Assembly (NCBI GenBank): GCA_964304625.1
Contig: OZ199839.1
Location: 11,314,847 to 11,378,846, forward strand
Direction of reading: 5' to 3'
Length of the DNA stretch: 64,000 nt
Origin: Kudoa neothunni
Taxonomy: Eukaryota > Animalia > Cnidaria
Shown here: positions 37,509 through 50,956 of the stretch, piece by piece
How the letters are laid out: the number at the start of each line of letters is the position of its first letter
Position numbering within the stretch: position 1 is the first letter of the stretch
The notes under the pieces: generated by a model
Database searches by the model: none
Seen by the model: only the letters and a program-made list of their open reading frames with translations
What the model was told of the DNA's origin: nothing
Position numbers and translations under genes: made by a program

Positions 37509-40422
37509 GGTTAAAATGCAGAATAATGGCCGAATTTTCAGGTTAAAGATTATAATTAGTTCGAATATTAATCCAATAGTTTTAAACTCAGATTAGCGTT
37601 ATGATTATGCTATTTTTTTCTGCCAAGAATTAATCATTTCGATTCAATACATTATTTTTGATATTGTGATTATGCGTTTACTACAATTGAGCATCTAATG
37701 TTTGCATAAAATACGAATTCTTTTTTCTTATAGACGGATTTAATAATAGGCAATCGCTAAGGATGAAATATGACAATCCAATAACATTAGAGTTGTCCGA
37801 CTTAATTCTACAGCACATAAGGCATGCTCTACTTGAACCAACTTAATTGGTGGTATAGCCTGTCGAAATAATCTCGATGGACCAGGATTTTTCTGCATTA
37901 ATAGATTACTGCAAATGTTATTGTGATGACACAGCGGTTGCTGAAGGTAGGGTTGTCCGGATGTCAACTTTGTAGCAGTACTCGGTACTCGCCAAAAGAT
38001 TCTGATACTTAAAACCGATACCAATAAAATTTCGTTTTTTGAAACTAGTGTATAATAAAGAATAGTGTGTCAAATTACGTTAGAGTGTATCAAGATATCT
38101 TTAACTTTATTCTTACATTTTTATGAATCTTTACGCATTTCACCATTGAATAGTACAAAAAACATATTAGGTTTGCAATGTTCATTAGGCCTGTCAATAA
38201 AATATCAGGTAATGGTAAAATATGCGGCACCTAAAAACCTCCTGTTGAGCATGTTTTTTCGCATTTCTTTTTTCACGATTCTTGATAATAAAATAACAGA
38301 ATATGGATAGCAAGGATTCAGTTCAAAATAATAACTTTAAAATTTAGAGAATTTTTCATCCAAACACAGTCGGATGTCGGTTACACGTGTAATCTCCATC
38401 TGTTTTCAACAAGCATTAAATTGGTCACTAATTTGTTATGATAATCATTCATAAATTGGTTCTTTTTCATACTTTTACCTTATAAACACAAATTTTACAA
38501 TGTCAAATTTAATTATACAGGTTTTTATAGGTTTTAAGCATGAATAGTTCAAAAGCCCAAAGACAACCACCTGCTCTAAAATTATATTTTCTCAATTTTC
38601 TTGGAGCTTGTAACGCGGCAGCGACAAACTATAGAAAACACGGTTCAACAAAACTAACCACGCCACCGACGACGAACCTCGACCATAACATAAAGGTGAT
38701 GATTAATTATATTAGGTTCACTACAGAGCTGATAATTTTTTTCAATAATTAATCAATATCACATTTCAGATTAACATTTAATTACAGTATGGAAATAACT
38801 TAAGATAGATTATAATAAGTTATCATTTTTAGGATGAATTCTCACATGTGTGTTTAGTATAGCATTCGATAAACGTAAAAATGTAGTTATAATAAAACCT
38901 AAAAACGAAAAAATTGTTATTTCTATAAAATTATTAGTTTTAATGAATTATATATGTACAGATAAAAATAACTTTAATTAACATGTGTTGACATTTTAAA
39001 ATATTCTCAATTTGTATATTTGGCCGAACTTGTTGTTAGGGATTTTTGGTATATAAAAAAACTTATAAAACAATAAAAATATGGTTAAAAATTTTTCAAT
39101 GTTTTACGCCTACTTCAAAGAAAAAAAAGTTAATATAATCATTTTTAAAAATTAGGTTCCAGAATTTTACTGATAAAAACTGAATAATTTTTGAATTTCT
39201 TGATAGAAATTAAATAAAAATATTATAAACTAACACAAACTTTAGTACATTCATATCTATATTTAAAAGTTCACAAAATATTTTTATTAATGTGAAAAAC
39301 GAGATGTTTTTTTTTTCTTCGAAATTTGCAAAAAGTTTATTTCTAAAGTTAGTTAGTATAAAATTATTATATATCAATAGTAAAAATCTAAATAATAATA
39401 AATAACTTTTGAGTTAATAACTAAGGAATAAACAAAATATTTCAATGTTTGTTTAAAAAAGCGCATTAACGTTTATGCGGGCCAAAGGATATCAATTTGA
39501 ACAACAAAAATTAATCTTCTTGTATTTTCTTCATCTCTATTACTTGTTCTATTTTTTTAATCCTACAAAAGTTGGTGGTGTACACATTTTTCGATCCGAT
39601 CCAGAATTAGATTTTAAAAATCCCCCTGGCCAAAAAATAACGTATTAGATTGCACTTTAAGAGAGTTTAAATAAATCGGGAATGAAGATAAATATGACAT
39701 TGACCTTAAATTATTTAGACTTTGTGACGGGACTAGAAATTGTTAATAAAAAACCCAGGATTTATTTGATACACTCCTGCACAGAAATAATCATGATTTA
39801 AATTTCGAAATCATAATCGATAAAGTATGATGCTTAAAAAAAGTTAGTTTGACTACTTCTATAAATCAATTTGAATCTTAATATTTTTTTGAATGTTATA
39901 AAGAAATATCTCTATGTGAAATCTTCCAAGCAACGTCAGGCAGTTCACGCTAGTATCTTATAAAAATATGACAAATGAATAATTTAATTATCTGATAAAA
40001 TATATTACTCATGGTTTGATGTGTTCACGAATATAAAATACCAACCTCGCACTAAATATTTGTTTTAACATAATAAATTAACTAGTTATCCATATAGTGG
40101 ATATCAAAGCATTATTTGAAAACATTAGTATTTTACTGACCGATATTACAATCAGTTAGGTTCCCTTATTAAGTAAAATCAATCACTTTTAGAGAAACAA
40201 AACTTTTTTTATGAATTAATAAAAATTTTGGCGTAATCTCATTAGAATACAACAAACGTTTAAAACAATTGAAATTTAAAATGTGGTATCGGTACAACCC
40301 TAGCTGAAAGTACCCTAATGATGGCGCAATACAGATCAATACTCATGATTAAAGTATTTATGGGGTTCGTTTTTGTACGTTATCGCTGATTTAGATCACG
40401 GCCACTATTCTGAATTTTTACT
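37509..40422. mobile_element. About 2.9-kb TIR element (GG termini, 8-bp TSD; MULE- or Merlin-like), decayed
   Basis: TIRs GGTTAAAATGCAGAATAATGGCC / GGCCACTATTCTGAATTTTTACT with flanks AATGATTT / AATAATTT (7/8). Internal homology to 46426-46970 and 54646-55050. Confidence 0.7.
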
Positions 40423-41328
40423 AATAATTTTTTTTACATGTTGGTGTAAAGTTCATTCCTAACTTAATTTGAAACACCCACCTATGAAGATTACATATAT
40501 ATATCAAACAGTACCTCGATGATTTTTATTACAATGTCGTGCCATGTTTAGTATAAACTTAAACTGAAATTAAAAATAATGGAGTATTTATAAATTAAAT
40601 TCAAATTATTTAAAGTTTGACGCATACATTTTGAAGTTGAACGTTATAAATACGAAGCAATTTGTGATTACACTCACTAAGCCCAATTATTTGAAATCGA
40701 AAGTACTGATAAAAAAAAGCTTTAAGAAATGTAAACAAATATCGTGATAATGTAATTTAAATAAATTATTTGTGTTAATTTAATTGATTTAAGTTGTTTA
40801 TTATAACAGAATTCATATATTATATAAAAATGTTGAATAAAAGTATTAATAAATTAATTGCCTCTCATAATAAGGATCAATAACTTGATTATACAATAAG
40901 ATCCACAAAAAATATTATATATAAAAATCGGCTGGAAGTATAAGCGATGGAAATCTATTATTAATATTGATATTAGAATCATGCAGTTAGAGTTTTATTT
41001 ATAAAATTATCATCAATAAAATAATTACGTAAAATAAATTTATAGTATTAAAGCGAAAATATTAAATCAATATTTGATAATACGATTAAAATAATATTAA
41101 TATTAATTTTAATCTTTAATTAAATAATGCAATTTATCTAACAGGTAATAAAATTTTGATTCACCGATTTAATAATGCAATTATAAAATTACTACGCAAT
41201 TCACCCTATTTCATTAATGGTGACGAAATATTTTTAATATAACTCATCAGATCACTAATATTACCGAATAAAATAAGGCATTAGAATTAAAAAAGATTAT
41301 TATACGCTCGGGAACTGTAACCATTGAA

Positions 41329-42804
41329 ATGAAGGTTGGATGTTTGATTATATTTTCAGTTGCGCTATCCCTCTTCAATGATTATGAACCTATACGGTGA
41401 TGTTTGTATATAATATCGATTTAATTTTGAAATAGAATTCCTCTAATTAAACACAATGTGGAGAATATTAAATATATGATCCATTCCACTAACACATCCA
41501 ACTATATAAGATTAAACCTACAAGCTGTATTGGTATTTAGTTTATTATTTATTATATTAATACAAATAATTATCGACTTAAAAATAAAATTTTAAATTAA
41601 TTTTAGGTCCAATTTTTGGGTGTTATATCTATTGGGACACCCGCACGAAAATTTCTAGCTATATTTGACACTGGTTCATCTGATACTTGGGTGTTTTCAA
41701 AATATTGTAGTCCAAACGACATTGTGTGCAATACTCGAGGTAGAAGATTTGATCGTAAGAAATCATCAACCTATTTGAGTTATAATGCAAATAATTCCGA
41801 CTTTTCAATACGATATGCTCAAGGGGGAGCTAAAGGAAAAGTTGGCATCGATAATTTCCAAGTGAACTATTCCATTTGTTCTTCGAAAAATTTATTCACT
41901 ATAGATTGGAAATTTTATGATTAAAAATTATACGTTTGGTCAAGTAAAATCGACTAGTTTAACATTTATTGCCGCTAAATTTAACGTCTTAGTGGGTTTA
42001 GCATTCACCAAATTTTGCCGAATCTCCAAAAAACCACTTTTATTCTCATTATTTGAACAACATCCAGATATTAGGCAAATGTTCACTTTTTATCTCAACA
42101 GGTAAATACGTCTATTCTAAAATTATAATAAATTCTGATTGGTAGGAGGCCAGATGTAAATGGCTATATGGGAGAAATCACAATCGGACACTATGACGAA
42201 ACAAAATTTGTTAAACCATTTCGAAATATTCTGTTAGTAGATAAGGGATTTTGGTTATTTAAAATTGACAAGTAAGTTAGTATATGCACTTTGTAATTGT
42301 AGTAATCGCAATTATATAGGGTTTTCTATGGAGATTTGGTTTTGTGCGATGACTGCCATGGTATACTGGATACAGGAACTTCTGGACTAATTGCTTCCGA
42401 GGATATCGCATATCCATTGTTTAATCTTCTCGATATACCAATAGTTCTCTTTCCATTTGCGATAGATTATAAGAATTGTGATGATGTTAAAAGATGGAAG
42501 GATCTAATATTTGTGATTAATGGTTTCAACTACACAATGACACATAAGGACTACGTAATAATGGTATTAATACTCAAGTGATTACCTTGTTAAACATAAT
42601 CAAAATTATTGTGAATAGGCAGAGAAAATTTGCGATGTTATGATTTTTCCATATCATGTGGCAAAAGATAGAATACAAAAATACATATTTGAAGGTTTTA
42701 GCAACAAAAAACTTTGGGTTTTGGGTGAAATCTTTTTGAAAAATTATTACACTGTTTTCGACATTGGTGGCAGCAGAATACGTTTGGCTGATCGAGAAAA
42801 TTAG
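41329..42804 (+). CDS. Secreted pepsin-family aspartic protease, copy 2 (tandem paralog)
   Basis: Signal peptide MKVGCLIIFSVALS, motifs AIFDTGSSDTW and ILDTGTS, flap YAQG, C-terminal WVLGEIFLKNYYTVFD. Exon layout matches copy 1. Stop at 42802-04. Confidence 0.93.
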
Positions 42805-43056
42805 CATCAACATTAATATTATAACTAAAAATATTACTCCTTTAATTATATTTTGTTCCTAATAATTTTTTTGAAACATTGAATCAGCATATTTGTTTTT
42901 GGATTCTTTCATTCTGCTGTACTTATTTATTATTATATTATGAAATATTTATATAATAAATCAATAAGATAAATAGAGCTAAGATAGACTTTAGATTAAA
43001 TCAATCCGGATTATTTCTCATTCTAGCGCGGCTTAATTTTAGGGTTAAAATAAAAC

Positions 43057-43975
43057 ATGGAGATAGTTGTTTCTATACCAAAAATTGAATGTATTGAATT
43101 TAGAGAAACGGATGCTTCATTTATCGATATTCTGAAATGTGATAATGAATATTGTGTTAAGTTATTCCGCCATTTTGTTCTGTTCGTTGATAAACCTACA
43201 TGCTGACGTATTCACATTAAATTAATGAGAAGACATCAATTAAACGATGGATTCGTTAATTTTTGTTCAGAATGCAAAAAGCAAGAAAGTGTCCAAAAAA
43301 ACTCATTTTTTCGAAATAATCATCTGAGACTTCATATAATATTAAAATTGATATTTTATTATTTCTATAATGTTTCTCCACACAAGCTTATTAAAAAAAA
43401 TATTTGGAATATCATCTAACACAATCGTCGATTGGAAGAACTTCATTAGAGACATCTACACGAATTATCTTCTTAATAATTAGAGGAAAATTGTTGGCAT
43501 TGGAATAAGCGTCCATATCGATGAAGCCTTAATTTGAAAACGAAAGCATAATGCTGGACGGATACTTGCGAATCAACATACATGGGTTTTTGGAGGAATT
43601 GATGAGGAGGATAATATCTTTAGGGAATTAACCTTGAAAAGGGATCATAGTACTCTGGCAGACTCTATTGTGATAAGTGTTTACCCAAGTTCGATAATTT
43701 GGTCTGGCTCTTGGAAGGGTTACCGAAAATTGAATGAGTACGACTATCTTCATAAGATGATGTTTCATTGTAAAGAATTCGTCTCTTCTGAAGGAGTGCC
43801 TACGAATAACATTGATTCAACTTAGGGAGCATCCGAAAGGAAGTTCAGGCATGTCCAGAATAAATCGCCGAATCTTACTCCAAGCTATTTGACGGAATAT
43901 GTATTCAAAAAACTTGTTCTAACAACATATTTGAGGAAACTAGTAACGTTATAAAAACATTATACTGTAGGTAAC
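43057..43975 (+). pseudogene. Merlin/ISXO2 (IS1595-like) transposase pseudogene
   Basis: Remnants IDEALI*KRKHNAGR, WVFGGID and PTNNIDST*, interrupted by stops and frameshifts. Confidence 0.85.
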
Positions 43976-44299
43976 CGATTTTCGGTAAGTTTGGGCTTTC
44001 TTCCATTAAAATAATATTTAAATATTTTAAACCATATATTTTACTTTTAGGTTTTAAAATTAATTCATAAAAATTTTAAAAATTGAAAATTGGAAAATAA
44101 TTCAATAATAAAACTAAAATATTAATTTATTGATTTTTTTACATTATACTAAACAGGAGTGAAAAAATACTACTTTTCGTAAATTTAAGCTTCCTTCTAT
44201 TTCTACCCTAGATATCATCTTGATTAGGAAAAAAGATATAGTTTTATCTTATAAATTGACTTGGCTTCTTGATAGAGAAAAAATTTTAAACAGTGTTTA

Positions 44300-45400
44300 A
44301 ATCACGACATCGATACTTTAGTATATGACTGGTTGAATTATTTCATATAAAAAATTGAATTATCTGATCATGATATCATACATGAAAGAAACCAAATGAC
44401 AAAAGAATTGAACCTAAGCATAGTAATGACCCATGATTGACTTCTTGATTTTGAATCACGATTTAATTTAAAAATATCATTGCACATGATGATGCTGAGT
44501 ATGTTGACTAAAGTTTTGTAGAAAATTGGTAATCTAAATTGAATCACTAAGTCAGTGGTAACAGTGATGACTGTATCTATAACCTTGACGAAACTGCACC
44601 CATTTACTAACTACATAGAGGTCCATTATTTTTAATGTTATGTTTTGTCGAGAGGAAAAAATCTAAAAAATAGTTACTGTTTAGCGACATACATGCATGT
44701 GTGCCTGAAGGTTGCATTGAATCTCTTGTGATTGGCAGTCACAAAAACCACCTTGTTTTAAAAATGCTAAAATATTTATAGTAAATACAAATCAAGCAGG
44801 AAATAATGGGTGACTAGACAAACATTTAACAAATATCTTTCTAATTTAGACAACGTATTCAAAACGAAGTACAAGAAAGTTTACTACTTCTTAATAATGT
44901 CACTTGCCACGCCGAAATTCATTCGTCCAATATCTCTCTTATATTCCTTACAAAAAACTCAACTAGCATTTTGCAAATATTAGACCATGAAATCATTTTC
45001 TCATTCAAATAAAATTACAAATTAATTTAATAGAGAGCTATATTGCTGCAGTTAGCAATGATATAAATACATCCTACCAGGATTCGCTTAAAACATTGTT
45101 CCTAATTAAAAATTCATGGGACGGTGTTTCAAAGGATATTGTATTTAACTGCATCAGAAAATGTGAGTTTCTTGCAGTCAATAAGTGCGAGCGTTCGTTA
45201 AATATTAATTTAAGCAAAAAAATTCTCAGCCAGAAATTTTGAGTTGATTCAAGAGGAACCCATTATGTCCACATCAAAATACTTTGACGAGCTTACTCCT
45301 TTGATTGTTGAATCTGCAAATTTTGAAAATGAAGATAAACGAGTGGCAGAATTTATATCATCAAAAGATTCATTTAAATATTTAAACGTGTAGAAGAAAT
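44300..45400 (+). pseudogene. pogo/Tigger (DDE_1) transposase pseudogene
   Basis: Remnants IYNLDETA, LLLLNNVTCH and FLTKNSTSILQILDHEII match the pogo motifs N.DET, LLLDN...H and FLP.NTTS.LQPLDQGII. Confidence 0.8.
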
Positions 45401-46425
45401 ATACGACAGACAGGAATTGATTATCTGGACGAAATAATGAGTTAAGATGATTAAATTACGACATAAGTCTTTAAAAATATAAATAAAAATAACATGTTAT
45501 TACAATAAAAGGAGATGAATGTATAAATGAAATTGATTTCATTAAAATGGGTAAATTTTTTTATTTTTTCGTGCGAAGAAAGTTACCTACTGCGTAAATG
45601 TAACGATTAATATAATCCCTTCCTTGCGCTTCGCGCTAGAACGTGAAATAATCCGGATTAATTTGATCTAAACTCGATAATAGATAGCATTTCCAAGGAA
45701 TCATTATAACTCCCCTTTTTATAATATTTATGAAATTTTAAATCAGTAAAACGATTTTATCCCTGTTTTTCGACGAAAAAAGGAGTAACCGATTTTTCGT
45801 ACATTTTTTCGCCTTTAATCCTATTTTTTCTCTGATGAGCATGGGATAAAAATATTTTTTTTAATGTGATGAAAAATTTATATAATATATGTATATTTTC
45901 CGCCTAATTCCCCTTAAAAATGTTTTTAATAATCAAATTTTTTTATCTTTGATAGTCGTACATATTGCTTTACGTTAATTCGGACCTCCGCATGGATAAA
46001 AATCCCATTTACAAACATCCACTGACTACTATATCATGTTATTTCCTGTATTTGCTGAAGGTGTTCTACGTCAACAGAAATACGAGAATTACAATAATGT
46101 AATAATTCTAATTTTAATAGATGTATCCATATTAATAATCACTAATGTAAACGTATTGACAAGAATTCTTTTTTTCTTAGTGTATATGTCGCACATCCTA
46201 GAATTTAGATTGGTTCATAAGGGCCCTTAATTCTACTATGGGCTGAATGTAATATATTATTTAGTAATATAATATAAACAAAATGAGGGTAGAATAATAT
46301 CTTTGTATAAATTTGTAGGGACAAACTTAATTTTTCCCTTTGGTACGCGCGTAAAAAAGTTCGAAAAATCAGTCGTGACCTATTTTTCGCACTTTTTGGA
46401 TGGTCAAAAGAGGATTACGAATATC

Positions 46426-46970
46426 GGTTAAAATGCAGAATAGTGGCTACATTTTCCGATTAAAGATTTTAATTAGTTCGTAGATTAATCCAGAATTTTT
46501 TATAACAAATTAGCATGGAATATGTTGAACATTTATTGGTAGGAATGAGTGGATTAATTATAATAAATTATTTTTGATATTAACGTTATGCATCTGATAC
46601 AATTTAACACCTAATACTTGTAGAAAATATGAATTTATTATTCTTATAGACATAGAATTAATAATAGACAGTTGTTAACGATGAAATATGACAATCGATA
46701 CAAAATCATAGTTGTCACGCTCAAACTTTAGGATAATAAAGAATGCTTTATTCGGTCGATTAAATGGTATAGCCTATGGAAATAACTACGAAGCGCTGAC
46801 AGTTATTTATATGATAGAATACAGCAACTATTATCGATTATAAATACGGTGCTGATAATAACCTATTGGTGGTAAAACAATGATAAATATAAAACATTAA
46901 AATAATCAACAGGTTCGATTTTTATCGTGGTCGCTGATTTGGATTACGGCCATTATTCTACATTTAAACC
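46426..46970. mobile_element. MITE-sized deletion derivative of the 37509-40422 family
   Basis: TIRs GGTTAAAATGCAGAATAGTGGC / GGCCATTATTCTACATTTAAACC, plus a shared internal GGTATAGCCT.T.GAAATAA segment. Confidence 0.75.
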
Positions 46971-47201
46971 AATTTATAGTTGTTTTACAATATTGGATAT
47001 ACAAAAAATCTTTAAATATGTCTATGACGCCAAGAAAACGAAATAAGGTTAGTAATTTCTTCTAATATTGAGTATCTTCTTATTCTAAGAATTAAATTCA
47101 TGTAATAGTCAATAAATATTGTTACACACACTTTAAAAATGATATAAGCGTAGATAAATGAGTAGAAATTAATAAATTCAATTTTCTCACATAGATATTA
47201 A

Positions 47202-48384
47202 CCATCTGATGGATGGTTGTTGGGGAAATTTTACCCCAAAACAATTTTATTAATGGTATATCTTTTCATAAAGTGAACCAATACCAAATAGATTCCAGTT
47301 ATTCTTCTAATAAAATTTTTTCTTTTATTTTACAAAATAATTTGGTTGGGGATATTATTGTATAAGTTTTAATTTTTATTTTATCTTATAATGGTCTTTG
47401 GGGTAAAATTTACGCCATGTTTTTTTCGATTAAAAATATTTCAAAAAATGTAAAACATTGAAAACTTAAATATAATAAAATTTCGATCAGTGGTTTTTGT
47501 AGAAAGTAAGGGAATGTTAAATAAATTAAATAAAACGCATGCGCGAATTATATGAAGGTGTGTGATTCTAATGATTTAATTGATGAATTTTGTTGATCAG
47601 AGAATGAACATCATGTTGTTGACGAAAATGTCTTCATATAGATGTTTCTTGCTGAAAAATTGTTGGAAAAAATTGACCATAGAAACATTACATTAAAAAC
47701 TAGAGATACCACCATGCATCCAATCATCACCAAATAGAGCCCGTTAAGGCAGCATTTTTGTATTCCTTGAAAAGTATATGTTGGTATCTTATGTTCCGAA
47801 TAAATCAAAATGCGTGATTTTCTTAAAGAAATCACCGAACAATTAAACATAACATTGTTGACAACTAATTCTACGAATAAAGCAATAAAAACAGGTCTCA
47901 TCATTATTTATGCACCTCAACAAGAATCTCTTCTTAATTTCTTAACGTATTAATGTAAAGCGAGAAACATGTGGATACAGTGAGAGGAAAAATGATAAAA
48001 ATTTTTCTAAATAGTACGAAAATTGTTATAGATTTTATTGTCCATTTCATGCATTTAAAAACTGTTTTAACTTTTCATAACTTTCAAAAATTCTTTCTAT
48101 GTTTTGTTTTAATATTTTAACTGGTGTAATATGTTTAATTCCAGTGAATTAACGCAACTACTTTATTAATGAACATCGATGTGTACCGTTAAAGATGGAT
48201 CGTAAACGAAGCCGATTATCGCGGGGATTACATCAAAATTTAATATGCATTTGCCAGTGTTTCATACATAGAAATTAAAAATTATTCTATAATATTGATT
48301 ATTAAATTCTGTAAAATGTTATAATTCAAAAAAATGTGGTATAAAATTCATTACACGTTTATCGTTTTTGGGATCATTAGAGGG
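47202..48384. mobile_element. piggyBac-like non-autonomous element
   Basis: TTAA|CCATCTGATG at the left end and CATTAGAGGG|TTAA at the right end (8/10 TIR). Subterminal palindrome TTGGGGAAATTTTACCCCAA. Confidence 0.65.
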
Positions 48385-48749
48385 TTAACATCATTATTAT
48401 TATTAAGACAATAAATTAGCCCTAATATTTTCTTTTTCGTCAATTTAATGAATTTCAAGACTTTTCTAATTGATAAAATACACCTTAATTAATTTAGGCA
48501 AATGCGTCTTTAGAACTCAACATATTTATATTTTATGTTAGCGAATGGAAATACGCTTATTAATTTTAATTATTAAATCAAAAAATTTTTACGGTAGAAG
48601 TTAAATAATTTTATTTTATGTAATTTTGATTTAAAAAAATTAAGATGGTTTAAATATAAAAAATAGTCGTGCGAATTTAAATAAGGTTGTATACCATAAT
48701 AAGTATATATTTTCCATATACAATAACAATCGATATAATTCTTCATTAA

Positions 48750-49714
48750 TCCTTGTGGGATCATTTGTGACCCCAATTTCGATATTTGACTTTTTTCGTG
48801 TATTAAACTAAATGAGAGGGCTCAACAATTCTGTAATCCTTAATTAGAATCTGTGATTGATAATTAAAAAGTTATGAGGAAAAAGGGGCATTTATTGATT
48901 TAAATATTTTGCTTTTAGTAAGCGATGTGCCCACTATTTCTTTTAAATGTAGTTGTTACGAATTGATATCAAAATAATAACTATAATAAAGATAGCTAAT
49001 GACATTAATTTCGATTAAAAAGTGTTAGAGCGTTATTAGAAGCTAAATATATGCATTTTTTGATTTCATACCGATGGATTCCGTTACACTATGGTGAGCA
49101 TTCTTTGGAAGAGTCTTCAACAAACGTTGTAATGAAGGAAGACATAAATCGAATCTCTAATTTAAATCAAAATGGGAGACGTTTAAAATCTGTCATCAGC
49201 TTTAAAATATCTATATTTTTTATAAAAAAATTGTTTTATAATATCCTCATCCGAATAATTACAAGTTAGTTGGGAAAGGGAGACCCTATTTAATAAACGA
49301 AGATCAAATTATTATCTACGGTTGCGTGCACGTATTATAGAGCCACACCGGAGATTGTAATCATCAGATACTTGGGGTCTTATGCTTAAAGTCTACATTA
49401 AAACTCAATTAGATATTCTATTTTTATCATTCACTCCTTGAATCTGTTCTAAAATATTGGTATCTGTCTATTCAAGCCATTATATCCATTAATATACATG
49501 TAACGTGGGTGATGGTTTATGTAAGTATTTGATATTAACTCAGCAGCGGTAAAAATCCCATCATCCAATTTGTATTAAATACACATAATAAGTATAATAA
49601 CCACACGGAGTAAGAGATTTCAACTATTTAAAATATTGAGAAAAAACCAACAAAGGTCATTTTTGACCTCAGTTGGTTCCTCGCGTAATTCTCTTTAAGT
49701 CGGGCCTTCGAGGG
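48750..49714. mobile_element. Decayed piggyBac-like element
   Basis: Right end CCTTCGAGGG|TTAA with subterminal AGGTCATTTTTGACCT. The left end TTAA|TCCTTGTGGGATCATTTGTGACCCC is a weak match. Confidence 0.45.
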
Positions 49715-50956
49715 TTAATTCAATATGCTTGCAGCAATATCTTGGCAATCTAGACGTCTCTCATAATATTCGTTCTTTTGTAATATTATGGATATATACA
49801 AGATAAATTGTAAAAATGTATCATTCAATTTATATCGAAATTGAAACTGCCATTAAAAATAATTCAATTATCAATAGTACACGTAAATTTTTTTAAACTT
49901 CGTTTATAATAAAATCGTGCTCTTTAAATTTCTCAATAATTATATATATATTAGTTAACGACGTGTATAATAAAATGTTTATTATTTAAATTTAGCAACG
50001 GATTAAATAAATCTACACGTTTATTATAAAATCGATTCTAAATAAATAAGGTTTATTTTACGTTATTCTCTACTTTAAAATTAATTTCAATGTTTAGTTC
50101 TGACCAAATCATTAAAAAAATTGAATTTTATTACGCTCTTTGTACAAATAATAAAAATAGAACTAGAAAATTAAAATTTTATTATAAAATAATTTGTTGT
50201 CTAAAAATATATGAAAAATCATCTTAAAAATATGATACATTCAAAAATTGGAAATTAATTTTTTTATTTATTTCATCATATACAAAATAAATTCACTCGT
50301 TTTTAATTATATATGAGTTATCCATTATTAGTTAAAATTTAGGATATTATATTTAATGAAAGCAATACAATTTACTTTATTAACTTGATTATATTTTAAT
50401 TGAATTAGGGTAGTATATAATTATATTTTCAATTTTTTATATAGGATTAAGAATGAATCAAATAACAAAATATTCTTATGAAATTTATTTATTATTATAT
50501 TCGATGATTATAATGAGACATTAAAATATTAAATTAAGAATATACTAATTACGATATATCAATAATATTTTTAGAAGCTGGAATGAAAAAATGGAATATT
50601 TTGAATCACTTAATACCGCATTGTGCATAAGTGAAAACAAAATCAAACCTATTTAACTGTATATTCATTTAATTATTTATTTTTAAACTGATAGCTAATA
50701 TGGTTATTCATCAAAATAATGACATATTTCATTCTCATATTACTCATATTTTGAAATATTCATAAATTAAGACAAATACTCAAGTATTGAATGGTATTAT
50801 GTTTAATTCATCTGCTGACGAAATCTAATTGCGTTGTTCGATACTATAAAATTGTATTTCATTTAAATTGATGAGAGGGACTTAGTCAATAATTTGAAAA
50901 ACGAAAATGGACGAGAGTCCAAAAATTAATTAAAACAATGTTGATAATATCAAATG

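Larger units (their letters stand above)
42987..45675. mobile_element. Composite element: a pair of about 44-bp inverted repeats enclosing Merlin/ISXO2 and pogo/Tigger remnants
   Basis: GACTTTAGATTAAATCAATCCGGATTATTTCTCATTCTAGCGCG is inverted at CGCGCTAGAACGTGAAATAATCCGGATTAATTTGATCTAAACTC. GATA lies on both outer flanks. Confidence 0.75.

Noticed and set aside
45830-45860. CTGATGA hammerhead-ribozyme core
   Set aside because: No matching stem II-GAAA arrangement follows it.
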